64,000 nucleotides of DNA from Octopus sinensis (lineage: Eukaryota). Below the pieces are notes generated by a model. The model had not been told where the DNA came from, did not search any database, and worked only from the letters and a program-made list of their open reading frames with translations. Positions 35,464 through 49,529 of the stretch are shown here, one piece after another. A program made the translations under genes and the position numbers. Positions within the stretch are counted from its first letter, which is position 1. Every line of letters begins with the position of its first letter. The stretch lies in NCBI RefSeq assembly GCF_006345805.1, contig NC_042997.1:56172001-56236000 (forward strand). The letters run 5' to 3'.

Positions 35464-36797
35464 GGAAATTTATATATGTATGTGTGTGTGTATACATATA
35501 CATATATATACAAATGAGATATTGTTCATAAATGAGATATTGCTCAAAAAGCAAAGAATTAGAGATGCTATCCAACTCATTGTCTTTGTAAAACATTGTT
35601 CCACAACAGAGCTCTCTTAACTCCTGTGTTTTACCATTTTACCCAGTGAATATTCATTGGAAAATTTTAATGATATTTAATTTAATCAAACTTCATCCTA
35701 CAGAAAAAGTGTTAAAAATATGCTCAATAAAATCAACATGTTAGGAAAAACTTACTATTTCATTGAGTTTCACTATTTCCATTTGAAACAAATTTTATTT
35801 TTAAAAAATATTCTTTTAATGACCTTAGCTTAAAAAGATATAGTTTTATGAAATCAGCATGAAAACAAGATTTGCATCAAACATCATTATTGTAACAAAC
35901 ACAATTACTAATTCCCAAAGTGACAGCCCCCTCTACTCAATCAGCACATTGATTGCTTATATCATAACATATAATATCTGTGGTGGTAACTACTTATTAG
36001 AATTTTTTTGTTTTGTGGGACTTGTAATACCATTTTTGGAAATATAATTAGAAAATTTTTTATTTCATATAAAATTAAAATTAGCTGTCATTCAATTAGA
36101 ACTTATTTGATTTATGACCTTTGTAATTTTGGCTAACTTGGTTGTAACTCAGGCAGCATTCATATTTTTCTAAATATATCTTCTATAAAGTAGAAATTTG
36201 TTAACCTGAAAACAAAGAACTATTTAATCCATAGCAATCCATAGAGATTGTGATTGTTAAAAACATTTCTAATCAATCACCTTCACTCCCTTCTCTTTGG
36301 CAGGATTTTTTTTTCTTAATATTTTGGCAAATGTTTTAAATTTATCAGTTCACCAACATCCAAAATTTCATACTGTTTCCTTTAGTTAAATATGCAAACT
36401 TGACATCTTTGTTTTCATCTTCACATATTTATCATGTCCTTCAAATTTTGCATCCATTTCATGAAGATAATTTTCTTGTTTCTTTTGATTTTCCTCTTTC
36501 ATTTACCATTTATAAGGTCTAATTTTGTGTTGACTTTGCTCAGTAGCTGGTGTGATTAAAATTTCTAAGGTCCTATGTTTATACTTCATAAAACCCCAAA
36601 ATATTTTGTAGCTGGATTTTATACAAAATATATTATTGTTTTCTTATATTTTTTAAAGTTTCTGGGAGCATTTTTGCAGCTTTAACTTGGGAATCTGTGT
36701 ATCAGGAGTTTTATATTCTCTTTATTTTCTCAAACCTTATTAAAATTATAAATTTTGTATTTTAGACGTTTAAGTGACTTAGCTTGTTCTTTTGCAG

Positions 36798-37054
36798 AAC
36801 ACTCCGATGATTTAGTTTGTGATATGGACCTGAGTGAGCCCAGTGGCTCTGCTACACCATCATCATCTTGTTCATTAGATCATGGTGGTCAGAGTCCAAG
36901 TGGCATGAGTGAATCTCCAGCTTCTCCAGGAGTTGAAAATATCTCTCCAGACCAGCTCCCTTTCAGCATTGGAATTTCTGAAACAAATCCTTATGGTTGT
37001 CCACATTGTGACAAAGCATTTCCTCGTCATAGTTACCTGAAGCTACATGAACAA
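36798..37054 (+). CDS. ZNF423: ZNF423/521-like exon A: Ser/Pro-rich segment plus most of the first visible C2H2 finger (CPHCDKAFPRHSYLKLHEQ)
   Basis: Acceptor ttgttcttttgcag|AA (phase 1) and donor CAA|gtaagt (phase 0). Lies inside ORF 36755-37075. In-frame ATG at 36824. Confidence 0.88.
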
Positions 37055-37930
37055 GTAAGTCCACAACTGATGTAATTTATTCTACAATATGATATCCTTC
37101 TAGAAATAATTTCATGATATATATATATACACATATAATATATAAAATCATATATAAAATTAGCTGTTTTGTGTAAGTACAAAGTAAACAACAGGTTTGA
37201 GTTTTACTTTACAACATGCGACTTGAAGTGTCATTCTTTCTTACATCGTGGCCTCAATTCTACTTATTTTCTCTAAAGTATAGTTCATAATCACTTTCTT
37301 GTTTATACTCCACTCTCTAAGTCCAAATCCTGCAAAAAGCAGCTTTTCATTTCATCTTTTTTTGAGGTCAATTAAAAAGTACCAATCCAGAGCAGTAGAG
37401 TAATAGAAATGTTAGAGGGTTGGGTAAGATGATTTGTGATATCTCTTCCAACTTTTTACATTTTAACAAGAACAGCCGTGATGACACTGGCGATAGGCTG
37501 TATTGGCTCTAGGCCCGCACATACATGTATAGAAGAATGGTTAACCTTGAACATTGGTGGTGGTGGTGGTGTGGTGGTGGTGGTGGTGGTGGTGGTGTGT
37601 GTGTGTGTGTGTGTGTGTGTGTATCATTTAACATCCATGTTTCGTGCTGGCATGAGTTGGACACTTTGCCAGGATCTGATGGGTCCAAGGACTGCATTCT
37701 GCCGCATGTCACTTTGGCATGGTTTCTATGGCTGGATGTCCTTCATAATACTAACCACTTTACAGCATGTACTGGGTGTTTTTTTTGTGCTCCCAGCATT
37801 ATTTAGATTGTCGTGCAGCTTGCAAGACTGTGAAATCCAAGGAAGAGTGGACAGCTTTATACTAGCAGAAGAGGAGTTAAATTAGGAGAGGTGGGACAGA
37901 GCAGTTTCTTGTTGAGAAACTGCTTGGCTA

Positions 37931-37972
<42 letters not shown>

Positions 37973-38344
37973 TACACACGCACATACACACACACACATA
38001 TATATATTCTTTTACTTACTTGTATAAAAAAAATTTATTAGTAGGTTTCATTCAAAGTCTTATAGTAAATAATCATATCTTATCCTGTTACTTTTAATGA
38101 CTCCCCTTTGCTACAGTTATTTAATCAGAGTACTAGAGAATTACGTTGAGGATATCCTGTTGTTCCATATTCAATCCAAGTCAGTAAACCCTGATACTCA
38201 ATGCCTATTAAAGGGTTCCAAGAAATAAGGATTTCACAAAGAAAGTATGCTACTTAGATAGGAAGAAATACAAACCTGAGTGTACCACATATTGAATGTT
38301 GTGCAAACCTGTTAATACTATATTCCCAATCCTAAAAATTTTTT

Positions 38345-38549
38345 TTTTTTACTTGTTTCAGTCATTAGATTGTGGCCATGCTGGGGTACTACTTGAAGGG
38401 TTTAGTCAAACAAATTGACCCCATAACTTATTTTTAAGTCTGGTACTTATTCTACTGGTTTCTTTTGCCAAACTACTAAATTATAGAGATGAAAACACAC
38501 CATCACCAGTTGTTAAGTAGTGGTGGAGCACAAATACAGACACATAGAC

Positions 38550-38580
<31 letters not shown>

Positions 38581-38910
38581 TGTGTATGTATATATATTTC
38601 ATATATTACATATATACAACAGGCTTCTTTCAGTTTGTCTACCAAATCCTCTCATAAGGCTTTGGTCAGCCCAAGGCTATAGTAGAAGGCACTTACCCAA
38701 GGTGCCACACAATGGGACAAAACTTGGAACCATGTGGTTAGGATGCAGGCTTCTTACCATACAGCCTTACCATTTCCATCAACCAAACTCACTCACAAGG
38801 CACTGATCAGCTCAGGGGTATAGTAGAAGACAACTTACCCAAGGTGTTGTGCACTAGACTGAACCCGAAACCACATGATTTGCAAAACAGGATTCTTAAC
38901 CACATAGCAA
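38345..38910 (-). mobile_element. SINE A plus a tandem second 5' half
   Basis: Full copy at about 38345-38770, followed directly by a repeat of the CORE/head segment at about 38775-38910. Confidence 0.7.
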
Positions 38911-39301
38911 AAAGAGAAAAGAAAAAAACAAGCCACACTTATCTGCAGAATTATTTACAGTCTTTCATAGACATATTCTGAGTCACATATTTAAACCAGT
39001 TCATGCAAACATCAAGAACACAATTTATCTAATTTACTCCCAATAATATACCAAACCTGTATACTCTAGATGGGATAAGGAAAATTTACTATTTCTTACT
39101 TAACTAGAAGCATGTGTGGTTGCTTGGTCTGCTAGAAATAGTACCCCAAATTTCCCTCAAAATATATCTGTTGCCTTCACAAAAAAAGATCATGTTTTAT
39201 TTTATAATTTGGAATGTATTTTGTCTGGAGAAAAGATGGGGTGATTACAGTTGGAATTCTGTTGATCCTAGGTCAATTCATTCAGTGCTGATCTATGTTA
39301 A

Positions 39302-39516
39302 CCCTTTCATTACTGTATTTATTTTGAGATGCTCCATATTTCTTTCAATTACTTTAAATATAACATTTAGTACAATAACTTAGTTATCATTCAGCTAGTG
39401 TTAGGAACATAAATTGTGACTAAGGTTTGGTGGAAGATTTTAATTCAAAACTTATGAAAACAAGATATTTGTACTCAGAGCCAGAGCCGGTTTCGGCTGG
39501 GTTGGTAACGAAAGGG
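39302..39516. mobile_element. piggyBac-type MITE
   Basis: TTAA|CCCTTTCATTAC ... GTAACGAAAGGG|TAAA. Near-colinear with 25849-26068. Confidence 0.8.
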
Positions 39517-39666
39517 TAAAATTACTATGAGTGAAAGTTTCCTTCTTTTTAACTTTACCTCTTTCTATATTTTCTAATCACATCCAATTTATTGATCACA
39601 TCACTGACCAAAATCACTACAAAAAGACAAATTGTGACAAATGTACATACTGCCCAGCACTTTTAA

Positions 39667-39872
39667 CAGTTTTGTTACCATATTTCTGTCGAAACTCACA
39701 GTCTTTATTTCATTTAAATTTTAAAATAATGGAGAATTTAGTAAAATAACTTTGTCATTATGAAGCTAGTATTTGGGACACAAATTAATATAGAAAGTTT
39801 TAAGCTCAGTTTAAAATCAGAGGTTTGTATCATAGAACCAGAGGCAGTATCAGCAGGTTGTTATCAAAAGGG
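39667..39872. mobile_element. Diverged piggyBac-type MITE (related subfamily)
   Basis: Ends in CAAAAGGG|TTAA and shares internal blocks with the 39302 copy. Confidence 0.55.
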
Positions 39873-40735
39873 TTAATATTTTTAATCGTCTCTGTTAGCT
39901 CCACTTGTAATAATTTCTAAACTGTATTGATCTTGTTATATCCATTTACTACTGTTAATGCTCTATCCCATCCAATTTTGCAGGAGCCTATATGTGATCA
40001 CTCAATCTGCTAGAAATACCAGCCAACTCTCCCTCAAATAACACCCTTCTCCCTTTAATAAAAAATTAACACATTCAATATAGCTGAATAAAAGATGGGA
40101 TGATCAATGCTTGAGCATCTTTAGATTTGCTTCATTGGAGTTGACAGAGCTAAATAACAGCAATGACTCTCAATACTGTCCCTTTTCTTCACTAACTACA
40201 TTCAAAATGTCCTTCATATTCAGTATAAATTCTAAATTAATTTATGGAAATTTTTTAATGCCTGTCTAGATAGCTTTCTTACTTTCTTTCTATCTCTATT
40301 TATTTATTTATTTATCCCTTCCCTTTACAAGTAAGATCATGTTATTGCCAGCATAGTGCAAGAAAAGCTATAACAGTCCCTGTCCATTTGATGTGCTGTG
40401 TTGGAGTAGTAGGTAGAGTTAGGGTATGGGCTCTTTACTTTTGACTGAAGGGTTGATGCTTCACTCAGTCTAGCTATAGTGATATGTAACAAAACATGTT
40501 TCTTTAAGTAATTCTAAGATGCAACTTTGTTTGTAAATAACCAGCTTGTACCTATTTATTATTTGTTTATATATATATATGTTTGCAAGTGTTATCATTT
40601 TTGTCCTTTAGTGGTGAAGAAGAAATCATTTTTTTAAACAATTAATTTTTACAATATTTACATACATACATGCATGCGCGCACACACACACACACACAAC
40701 ATGGATAAGGTAACAAATTTATCTTACCTTCGTGC

Positions 40736-40812
<77 letters not shown>

Positions 40813-42621
40813 CTCACATAACTACTGCCTCTATCACAAATCCTTTGAGCTTTTCTGTCATCTGTCAGTTCCTTATCTGCTGCTAATACCAAATTACTTC
40901 TCACTGCAAGTCAGTTGTCAAAAATGATATCTATTTACTCACCTGAGATCAATCTAGATAACTGTAGTGTTCAAATATCTTCAAACTTACTGGCAAGTGA
41001 ATGGTGGGGAGCACTAACACATTGATTCAATTTTTCTTTTTATCTTTATTTTGTAGTTCCTATAACATGACAATTACACAAATTTTTAACCAAATCATCA
41101 CCTTAAAATGTTCTCTCTTTATTTTTTTGTTCTTTCTATATTTTTTTTGATCTTTGTTTTTTTTTTTTTTGTGTGGTGATGGAGGTGTCATTGATTGTGT
41201 GTGGATGACTGTTGTTACAAGTGGAATGATGCCTTTGTATTGAATATTTACTGCTATTGTTGCTGTTGTTCTTGCAGTCTTGTACTAGTTACATTTCAGA
41301 ACATTCAGTGTTAAAACCGTTTCAAAATTTCTGATAACCATTTTAAGAATATTTAAGAAAAATGTCCTTATGCTGCTTAGTAAACCTTTATGTGACATGT
41401 GTACTGCCACAACTTTGATCAGAGAAAATACACTGCAAAACAGAATGCGCGCGTGTGTGTGTGTGTCATCATCATCGTCATTTAACGTCCACTTTCCATA
41501 CCAGCATGGGTTATGTATGTGTGTGTGTGTATTTCGTTATCATCATTCCATTTTTCCATGCTGGCATGAGTTGAACAATTTGACAGGACCCAGTTAACCA
41601 CAGGGCTGGATGTACTTCCTAATACCATCCACCTTACTGCATGTACTGGGTGTTTTTTCATACCGCCTGCTTTTTCCTTGCCATATTTGCATGCATCCAC
41701 ACACACACACACAGAGATAGGGAGAAAGTTTGAGAGTAAGTTATCAGCAAGAGGAATTAGATAAATTGCTTTTGTTGAGATTATTTACACAGCTAATCCT
41801 CTCAGAAAAGGTGCAACTATCACAACCTATTCCATTTACCTCTCTGTAAAGTTTGCCACTTATTGATAGGTACAGATAACCCTGGTTGAAATTAAACATT
41901 TGATGTTTGAGATTATGGAAAAAGCTATGCTGCAAGTGCATACATGCATGTAGAAATACTTGTGCTTTAAGGAAGATGAGTCAATTGGCCTTCAAATTCA
42001 AGTTATGGAAGTAAATGTAATTTAAAGTATCTGGTTGATAAGTTATGAGTTATTATTGAGTACTGAATACAGTATTTAGCACATATTGTTCCCTATTACT
42101 TAACTTAGATATTTTAAAATGATAATGTGGAAATTATCAGGGAAACTAAGATCAGGGGTCTTCGTTTTATTTTTTGAATTGTCACTTAGTTCTTTGTGGT
42201 GTTGTTTTCATGTTCACTTTTCTCAGCAAATCTTATAAAGCATACTATATTTGTGTATCACATAACATTATCGCTGCAGTTCATTGTTGTGGTGCAACTG
42301 GTTTCTAAATAAATCCTCCAACATGACACTGTTTTTGACAATCGTACCAATCTTATCACAAATTCTACAATGAAATTTCTTCGATTAAAGTTTAATAGAT
42401 TTGTAGTTCCAAATACTCTGACATTAATTGACATTTAACTGAGTTGTTTCATTAGCTGTTGAAATTGAGTTTGGTCCCTTATAATAAAGGCTGCTTTTGT
42501 TCAACTTCTACATTGTCCTATTATACCCTTATTGTCCATTAACAAATTTGTCACATATGTACTTCTTTATGCATGTAAGCCAAAATCTCATACAGGTTAC
42601 AATTACAATGTATTGATAAAC

Positions 42622-42684
<63 letters not shown>

Positions 42685-42966
42685 ATATATATATACACAC
42701 CATGTAGGTAACTTATTACCTATATTTACCATGTCTCAATAAGATGTTCATCTAAACTCAACTTTCATACTTCTTTCATGTGTACTCACATACATGTATA
42801 TACATGTGCATTACATAAACTTATGCAGTCTCACAACATTACCATATGCACATTTGCTTGTATACAAAGAAACTTTATATTTTCATTTTGGAATATTGTT
42901 TTGTATACTCAGAGAATCGTTACCTTCCTGTGTTTCCATAACCTGGTATGTCTTGGGAGTCATTTT

Positions 42967-43143
42967 CTTTTTGAGCCTTTAATGTAACACACTGACTGGT
43001 AAAAATTTCCACTTTTTTTTTTCCTAAAATTTTCGTTGCATCTTGCAACCTTTGCAAGATGCAACAAAAATTTTAGGAAAATAAAAATAAGAAATAAGTG
43101 GAAATTTTATCGGTGAGTGTGTTACATTATAAGGCACAAAAAG
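42967..43143. repeat. About 175-bp foldback palindrome with a 3-nt loop (intron A-B)
   Basis: The 28-bp core 43021-43048 pairs with 43052-43079 with one mismatch. Arms remain alignable out to about 42967 and 43143. Confidence 0.88.
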
Positions 43144-43379
43144 ATAAAGAATCTTGCAAACCAAATCCAAAAACGAAACATAACCTGGTAGTTTGACAAA
43201 AACAAAAAGGGGATGATAGAATAAGCATCAGACTTAAAATATTAGTAGTGGGATCAATTTAATTGACAAATCTCTTCACGGTGATGCTCCAGCATGGCCA
43301 CATTTCAGTAACTGAAATGAGTAAAAGTACATACATGTGTGTGTGTGTATGTGTGTAAAATTTAGAAAAATATTACAGG

Positions 43380-43780
43380 GTATATGGAATCAAAACCAAC
43401 AGTCAAGAAGCTTCAAAACAAATTTAACAACAAAGACTAAAATTTTAGTAAATGAGAAAGAATACAAGATCATGATTTCTGATCAGGGAAATACCTGTGC
43501 ATGATATACAGAAAAGGAGTAGGCAGAAATTCCATGAGGTGTACCGACCCTAAATACACACAATGGGTGTGATAGAATTACAGGAGTGTTAGCTGAGAAG
43601 AAACACATCATATGTGACAGATGCACAGGAGTAACTAGCAGTAAACTTATACAATTGAGAAATCTCAAAAAGTTGAACCTCATGAAAGAGGTGTCAAGGA
43701 ATAAGTGATGGCACCTTCCAAAGACCTGCCCACAAAAGCAGGCAATACAAACGGTCATTGAAATGGTGATAGTGGTGATG
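43380..43780 (+). mobile_element. Internally deleted RTE-like LINE remnant
   Basis: Degenerate GK..C.I.RKGVGRNS.RCT and CDRITGVLAEKKHIICDRCTG (Cys-rich post-RT segment), joined directly to the LKKLNLMKE-like ORF end. Confidence 0.5.
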
Positions 43781-44702
43781 GAGGTTGGGGTATATTGTCA
43801 ATCTACACACTTGTTCTTTCACCCATTGTATTCCTTTTTAAGTCTTCTTTTTCTGTCCCATTTATCCCTCACCCTCTCTCAAATCCATTCTACCATATTT
43901 CTTGTGTAGTGTGGAACAGGATTTGATCTGTTTGTGTACAATCTCTCTACCATCACCTTTATCATTCTACTTCTCTTCCACCAGCACCACCACCACCTCT
44001 CTATTACTTTTGCCTTTCATTCCCCCTCATCCATCACAATGCCTGTGTAATGAAGGATATCACTGAACCTATCCAATGCCCTGTCCCAGCACTCATCTTT
44101 ACTGTTAACCATCTTTCTTTCTTTCTTCTCTTATGCAACTGTTCACTCACCATTACCATCTCTGTTGCTCATTACCACTTACTCTCCCTTATTACCAACA
44201 TGTAGCTATCATCATCTCTCTTCCATTATTTTTTATCCAACCAACTTCCCACTTCAGTCACTCTCCTCCACCACACTTATACTTTCTCTCCTTTCACACT
44301 ATTAGGATTTAATTTCTCTTCTATTTACCCCAACCCCCACCTCTTCCACACGTGGTTGCTTTGAACGAATGGAGACTGCTTAGAGAAGACTTCTGTAATC
44401 TTGCAGGAGACCTGGCAACTTCTCTGGTGCTAGTGTCACAATAAAAGTAAACTCCTAGCCATAGAAACCATATAAAACACTGAAACATATAAGCAAGTCA
44501 TGGCCTTTCAACCCATCTACTTGCACATAACTTCAAATAAGAGCTGACACTATGACAAAACTGAAACACAAAGCAGATATAAAATGATGGGGAGCAAGAG
44601 ACCTGTAATGGTAACACTCATGACCGGATGTATATTACTACTGTACAAACATTAAAGATATTGTCTTGTACTCAGCAAGATGTGAGTCCTTTCTACTTAA
44701 TG

Positions 44703-45245
44703 ATAATAATAATAATAATGAAATTATTGTATACAGTGCTCAGGTGCACCACAACTTGTCAAAAGTGCATATAAAGCATATGCAGTAATGTACAAATGTC
44801 TGGAAAGTGAACAGTGTATGAGTCAGATACATGCTTGCATGTGTATGGAGGGGAGAAAATCAGCTGTAGTATTGGCGAATCTCAGGAAGCATGGAAGTTT
44901 TGAAGGATGCAGTGCTCCGACAACTAACAACAGATGCCAGCAGTTTGTTCCATACTTCAGCAACTCTTAGCGTGAAAAAGTGTTTCCGAAAGTCATGGGA
45001 GCTGTGCTGTTTTCTGACTTTGTAAACATGTCCATGGGTGTTAGACAGGTGGAGTTTCAAAAGGTGCTTAGAGTTATTGTTAGTAAGATGGTTAATAATT
45101 TTATGGGTGTCTGCCAAGTCAGCTGCCAGACATCAGAGTTTCAATGTATCCATGCCCAGAGAAGTAAGGTGTTCAGAATATGGCAAATGCCTGAAATGTT
45201 TCTGTTTATTCACCAACCACTTTGCAGTACACTGGATGCCTTTTA
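44703..45245 (-). mobile_element. CR1-type LINE, 5'-truncated 3' end with (ATT)n tail
   Basis: The minus ORF reads ...THGHVYKVRKQHSSHDFRKHFFTLRVAEVWNKL..., the typical CR1 ORF2 C-terminal TRGH...FF..RV...WN.LP motif. (AAT)n at 44703-44719. Confidence 0.85.
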
Positions 45246-47274
45246 TCCCAGCACCAGTACTAAGAGGTTTTCTTTTCAGTATGACTTAAAGAGACTTTCC
45301 TATCTTACATTGATTCTGTTTATTCACTAATCAGTTTACAATTTACTTGGTGCACATTATCGTGGCCACAAAATGTTTCCTACTCTTTCGCAAAACTAAA
45401 GAGTTCTCTCTTCCTTACTAGCTTGTTCCTGTCCAATTTGTTTGCTATCACTAGGGACTTAACTCACCCCAGCAGATAAAAGAAAAAGTGATGAAAGAGA
45501 ATCAGAGTGAGTAAGTGTTAGAAGAGGAAATAATTCAGGAGAACCTTGTCAAAGGCCTTCTACAGATCAACAAAAGCTAATAGAGTAGCTTACTCCTAGT
45601 TAAATTATGTATTAAAGTTATTGGCTGTAGATAACATGTAATTCCTTGGGAAACTATCAGGTGGAATGTAAGTCATACTGTAGGGAAAGATTACTCAGTA
45701 TATGCTCACCTTCAGGTACAGGGACAAGGAAACTCTCCCTCCCTATCCTATTTCATCTGGAAGTTCCAGGACCAAGAAATTGGCTTCACAAGTATAACAG
45801 GGCTCCATTATATTCACCTGTATCATGCAACTGCCATCTTTATGTCTATGACAAATTGCAAATATTGCACCATCCCACTGAACTGTCATACTGTTACCAC
45901 CAGTTTAGCTTTCAGTTAGCTACTTTTGAGCTATTGGCTATTTATACAATCTCATAAATTCTCACCCAGTTTACATTTTGACAGGAATGGCTAAGAAAGG
46001 GAGACTACTTCTATGTATTGGGTCAGATTTGCCTCTCATTCACCAGCGATAGCACAGTTACCAATTCCACCATGTAATCCTAAAAAGCCAAAAAGAGAAC
46101 ACCTTACTCTCCCAATGATAATCTGCTTTGTTCAGTATTGAAGCATCCAAACAGTGGAGAGCACTTCTTATATCTGTAAAACATTCACTAATGCAAAACA
46201 GAATAAAACTATTAACATAAATGTATTTGATGTTAATGATATATGTGTGTGTGTGTGTATGCATGTACATACAAACATGCATATATATATACACACACAC
46301 ACACACAAACATATTTACGTGAAGATATGTGTAAATACATATATTTATATATGCATACACATTGACTATTACATACATATATATCATGTGTATGTGTTTG
46401 TACATATGTATATATATATATATATATGCATATATATATATATGCATATATATATATATATACATATATATATATGCATATATATATATATATATATGCA
46501 TATGCATATATATATATATGCATATATATATATGCATACAGGTACATATGCACACATATATTAATGTTTACGTATACATATATATATATATATGTTTATA
46601 TGTGCACATATGCATGTGTGTATATATTCATATATATATAAATATATATACACACACACATACACACACGTGTGTGTGTATTATAGCATTTGAGTTTGGA
46701 GAATATCAGACTTGTAACAATGATGCTGGTAATGAGGCATGGTAACGTTTGGGCACTCAGTGATTGGCAATGGCAAAAAAAATTGTGATGTTTTTGTCTT
46801 GATTTGTTCTTTTTTAGCTTCTTTTTGTTGTTGTTGTTGTTTCTGATGACAACGATGATGATGATAGGGAGTGAAGCTGATGGTGCTAAAGTGTAATTGG
46901 GTTGTTAAGTATAATGTTTCAGTGAAGTTAACAAAATTACTACCTCAAGTGGTGTGTACTAAATGTTTTTAATGTCAGCTGTCTGTGTAAAACTAACCAT
47001 ACAGTTTATCAACCTGAGTTTTTATCATTATTGCCTCTGTCAAACTACACCACTGTAGAATGTGTTTGCTGTAGGTTTTAAATCTGCCTGCTCTCTCTCA
47101 CTGTGTTTGTTGTTGCCACAGTGAAGAACATCATTATATCTTGTTTTGCTCCAGTCGCCCATTATTAGTGGCAAACTGGTAAATATTTTTCATCTCCTAC
47201 ATCCAGAATTGATTTTCCTTTTTGCTTTTTTTTTTTTTTTTTTTTATACAATGTTTCTTTCTTTGACACTTCAG

Positions 47275-47414
47275 GAGCATGGAGAACTGATGCCATTCCG
47301 CTGCAGCTACTGCAGTCGCCTATTCCGACACAAACGCAGTCGTGACCGTCATGTCAAACTGCACACAGGGGACAAGAAGTATAAATGTTCCCAGTGTGAT
47401 GCTGCATTTGCAAG
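47275..47414 (+). CDS. ZNF423: ZNF423/521-like exon B ([13 protein letters not shown]...DAAFAR)
   Basis: Acceptor gacacttcag|GAG and donor GCAAG|gtgaga (phase 2). Completes the exon A finger and encodes the conserved KRSRDRH finger. Confidence 0.95.
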
Positions 47415-49529
47415 GTGAGAGCACTAATTCTTTCTTTTAAATTACAACCTTTACGTTGAACTCTCTTACTAGCACTCTCATTACATCTCTCCTCCCACTG
47501 CTACCACTCTTATCACTACTCCTCCGATGCTTTCTCTTCACTTCCTACACCACCGCTCCTTCAATACTCACTCTTACTTTTTCCTATCTAATTTTCTCAG
47601 TAATCTCTTTATCTCCATCCTGTAAATTCTCTTTCTCTTCTTTACAGTTGTCTCCAACAAAATAGAGTTTTCTTTTTCTCTTTTCTCTTTCCTCTAATAA
47701 TCTTATTCTTACCTTTAGATATTTCCACCACTCCCTTTTGTCCTTCTATCCATAATAATTCTTTATAATCTAATTCAGTTTGTTGCTATTTCCCTTCACT
47801 TTGCTTCTTTCTTTTCTTTTTCCTTCTTTCCTCCTTTTATCCTACACCTATAATCCAATGAATACTTTGGAACCCTGTCCCTCCTTGATATTCCTACTGT
47901 TACTGCTTTTCTCAGAAAATGAGATATATTCTTGTTAAATGCCAATTTACTCTGTAGTAGGCAGAAATAAAATCTGTTTTGTTGAAATATTTTTGTCAAA
48001 GGGTTAAATACTTTATATTTTATGGTGATGATGGTATTCTCCAATTTCTAACTTTGTTTCTTCTTTCTCTCTTTCTCTCTCTTAAAAGAGCGAGAGAGAG
48101 GGGGGAATCATCTAAATGCCTCTATTTGTTTAAAAAGAAGATATTCAGAGATTCTTTTTACTCTTACATTATTTATATCACAGTTTCTGCTATAATCTTT
48201 AAATCTGAACCATTAGTCTTGCATGCTGAGATAGGAATACAGTTGTATTAGTCTTTATATATTGGGAATAGTAATTTTACTAAAATTTAGATTTCCTTGT
48301 TTAATTTTTTTCTTACTATTCTCACTTTCTTTGTCATCCCCCTCCCCACACAAAAAAAATGTGCTTGGAAATTAATAATTCCTGTAAACTATTTATGTAC
48401 TTTCAAGAATGTAAATAAATAATATCTTTGAATATGAATATATCTCAGTTATCAAGACTTCACAATCAGATTACATTCAACAAAACAAGACAAATATCAA
48501 GGTTTCAATCTCAGTTTACAGCTAAAATTTCATTTTGTTCATCTTACTCTCTTTGTTAATATATCTTATCAGTAATTCTTGGATTTATCATTGATTAAAA
48601 GGACAACTCCAAGCATTCAGTATAGCTTATTTATTTAATTTATTTTATATGTTTTGTTCTTTCATTATTGTTCCCTGAATAAACTGACTCCCATATCTTA
48701 ATGAAACTATATCAATTGTATCTTTCCTATCTCATAAAAATCTTATCTATTTTTTTGGATAAGTAAAGGAAAAAGAATTTAGTTGTTGTTACTTTATAAT
48801 AGAATTTGAAAGAAGAGATGAATTTTCGAAATTGTTTTCTTAACAAGCAACAATTTTCACAAGATAACTTAAACTGAATTCATTGTGTGTGTGCACGCAC
48901 ATCATTATCATCACGCTCGTATATATGCATGTGTATTGTATGGGTATATCTTTATGCCATTTTCTCAATGCAAATACTGATACAATAATTCTATAAATTG
49001 CAAAATTATGTGAATTTTAAGCACCATTTAATCATTGGTTGCTCATTGTTAAAACAACACAGTAAACCAGAGAAATGGGAAGGATTACTATTTTCAACTT
49101 GGTAGATTTTGAGAATAAGAGAAGAGCAATAAATATTTTTAGCTGAGTAGTCTTGGATAAAGAATCTGTATTTCTTGAGAATACATATAACAAAACAACA
49201 ATTACAAATTAAAATAAAATTCTTTTTTTCATTTGTTCATATTGTTTTGATTCCATTGGAATAGTTTAGTCATACTGACATCTTTATAAAACGCTGATAG
49301 AGTGAATTAGTTTGAAATTAGATAGCTTCCTTTTTTTAATGTGAACATTGAATACTCAGGATACCAAAAGTTGCTTTTTTTTTCTTACCTAAAACAAGTT
49401 TCTATTCAATGCTATTTATTTTATGATAAAAACATAACAATGATGGGGAAATGTTATCAAATTTAAACTTTGACCATATTTTTTACTGAAATAAACTATT
49501 TTCATTTGTCTCCCTTTCTCCAATTTTAG

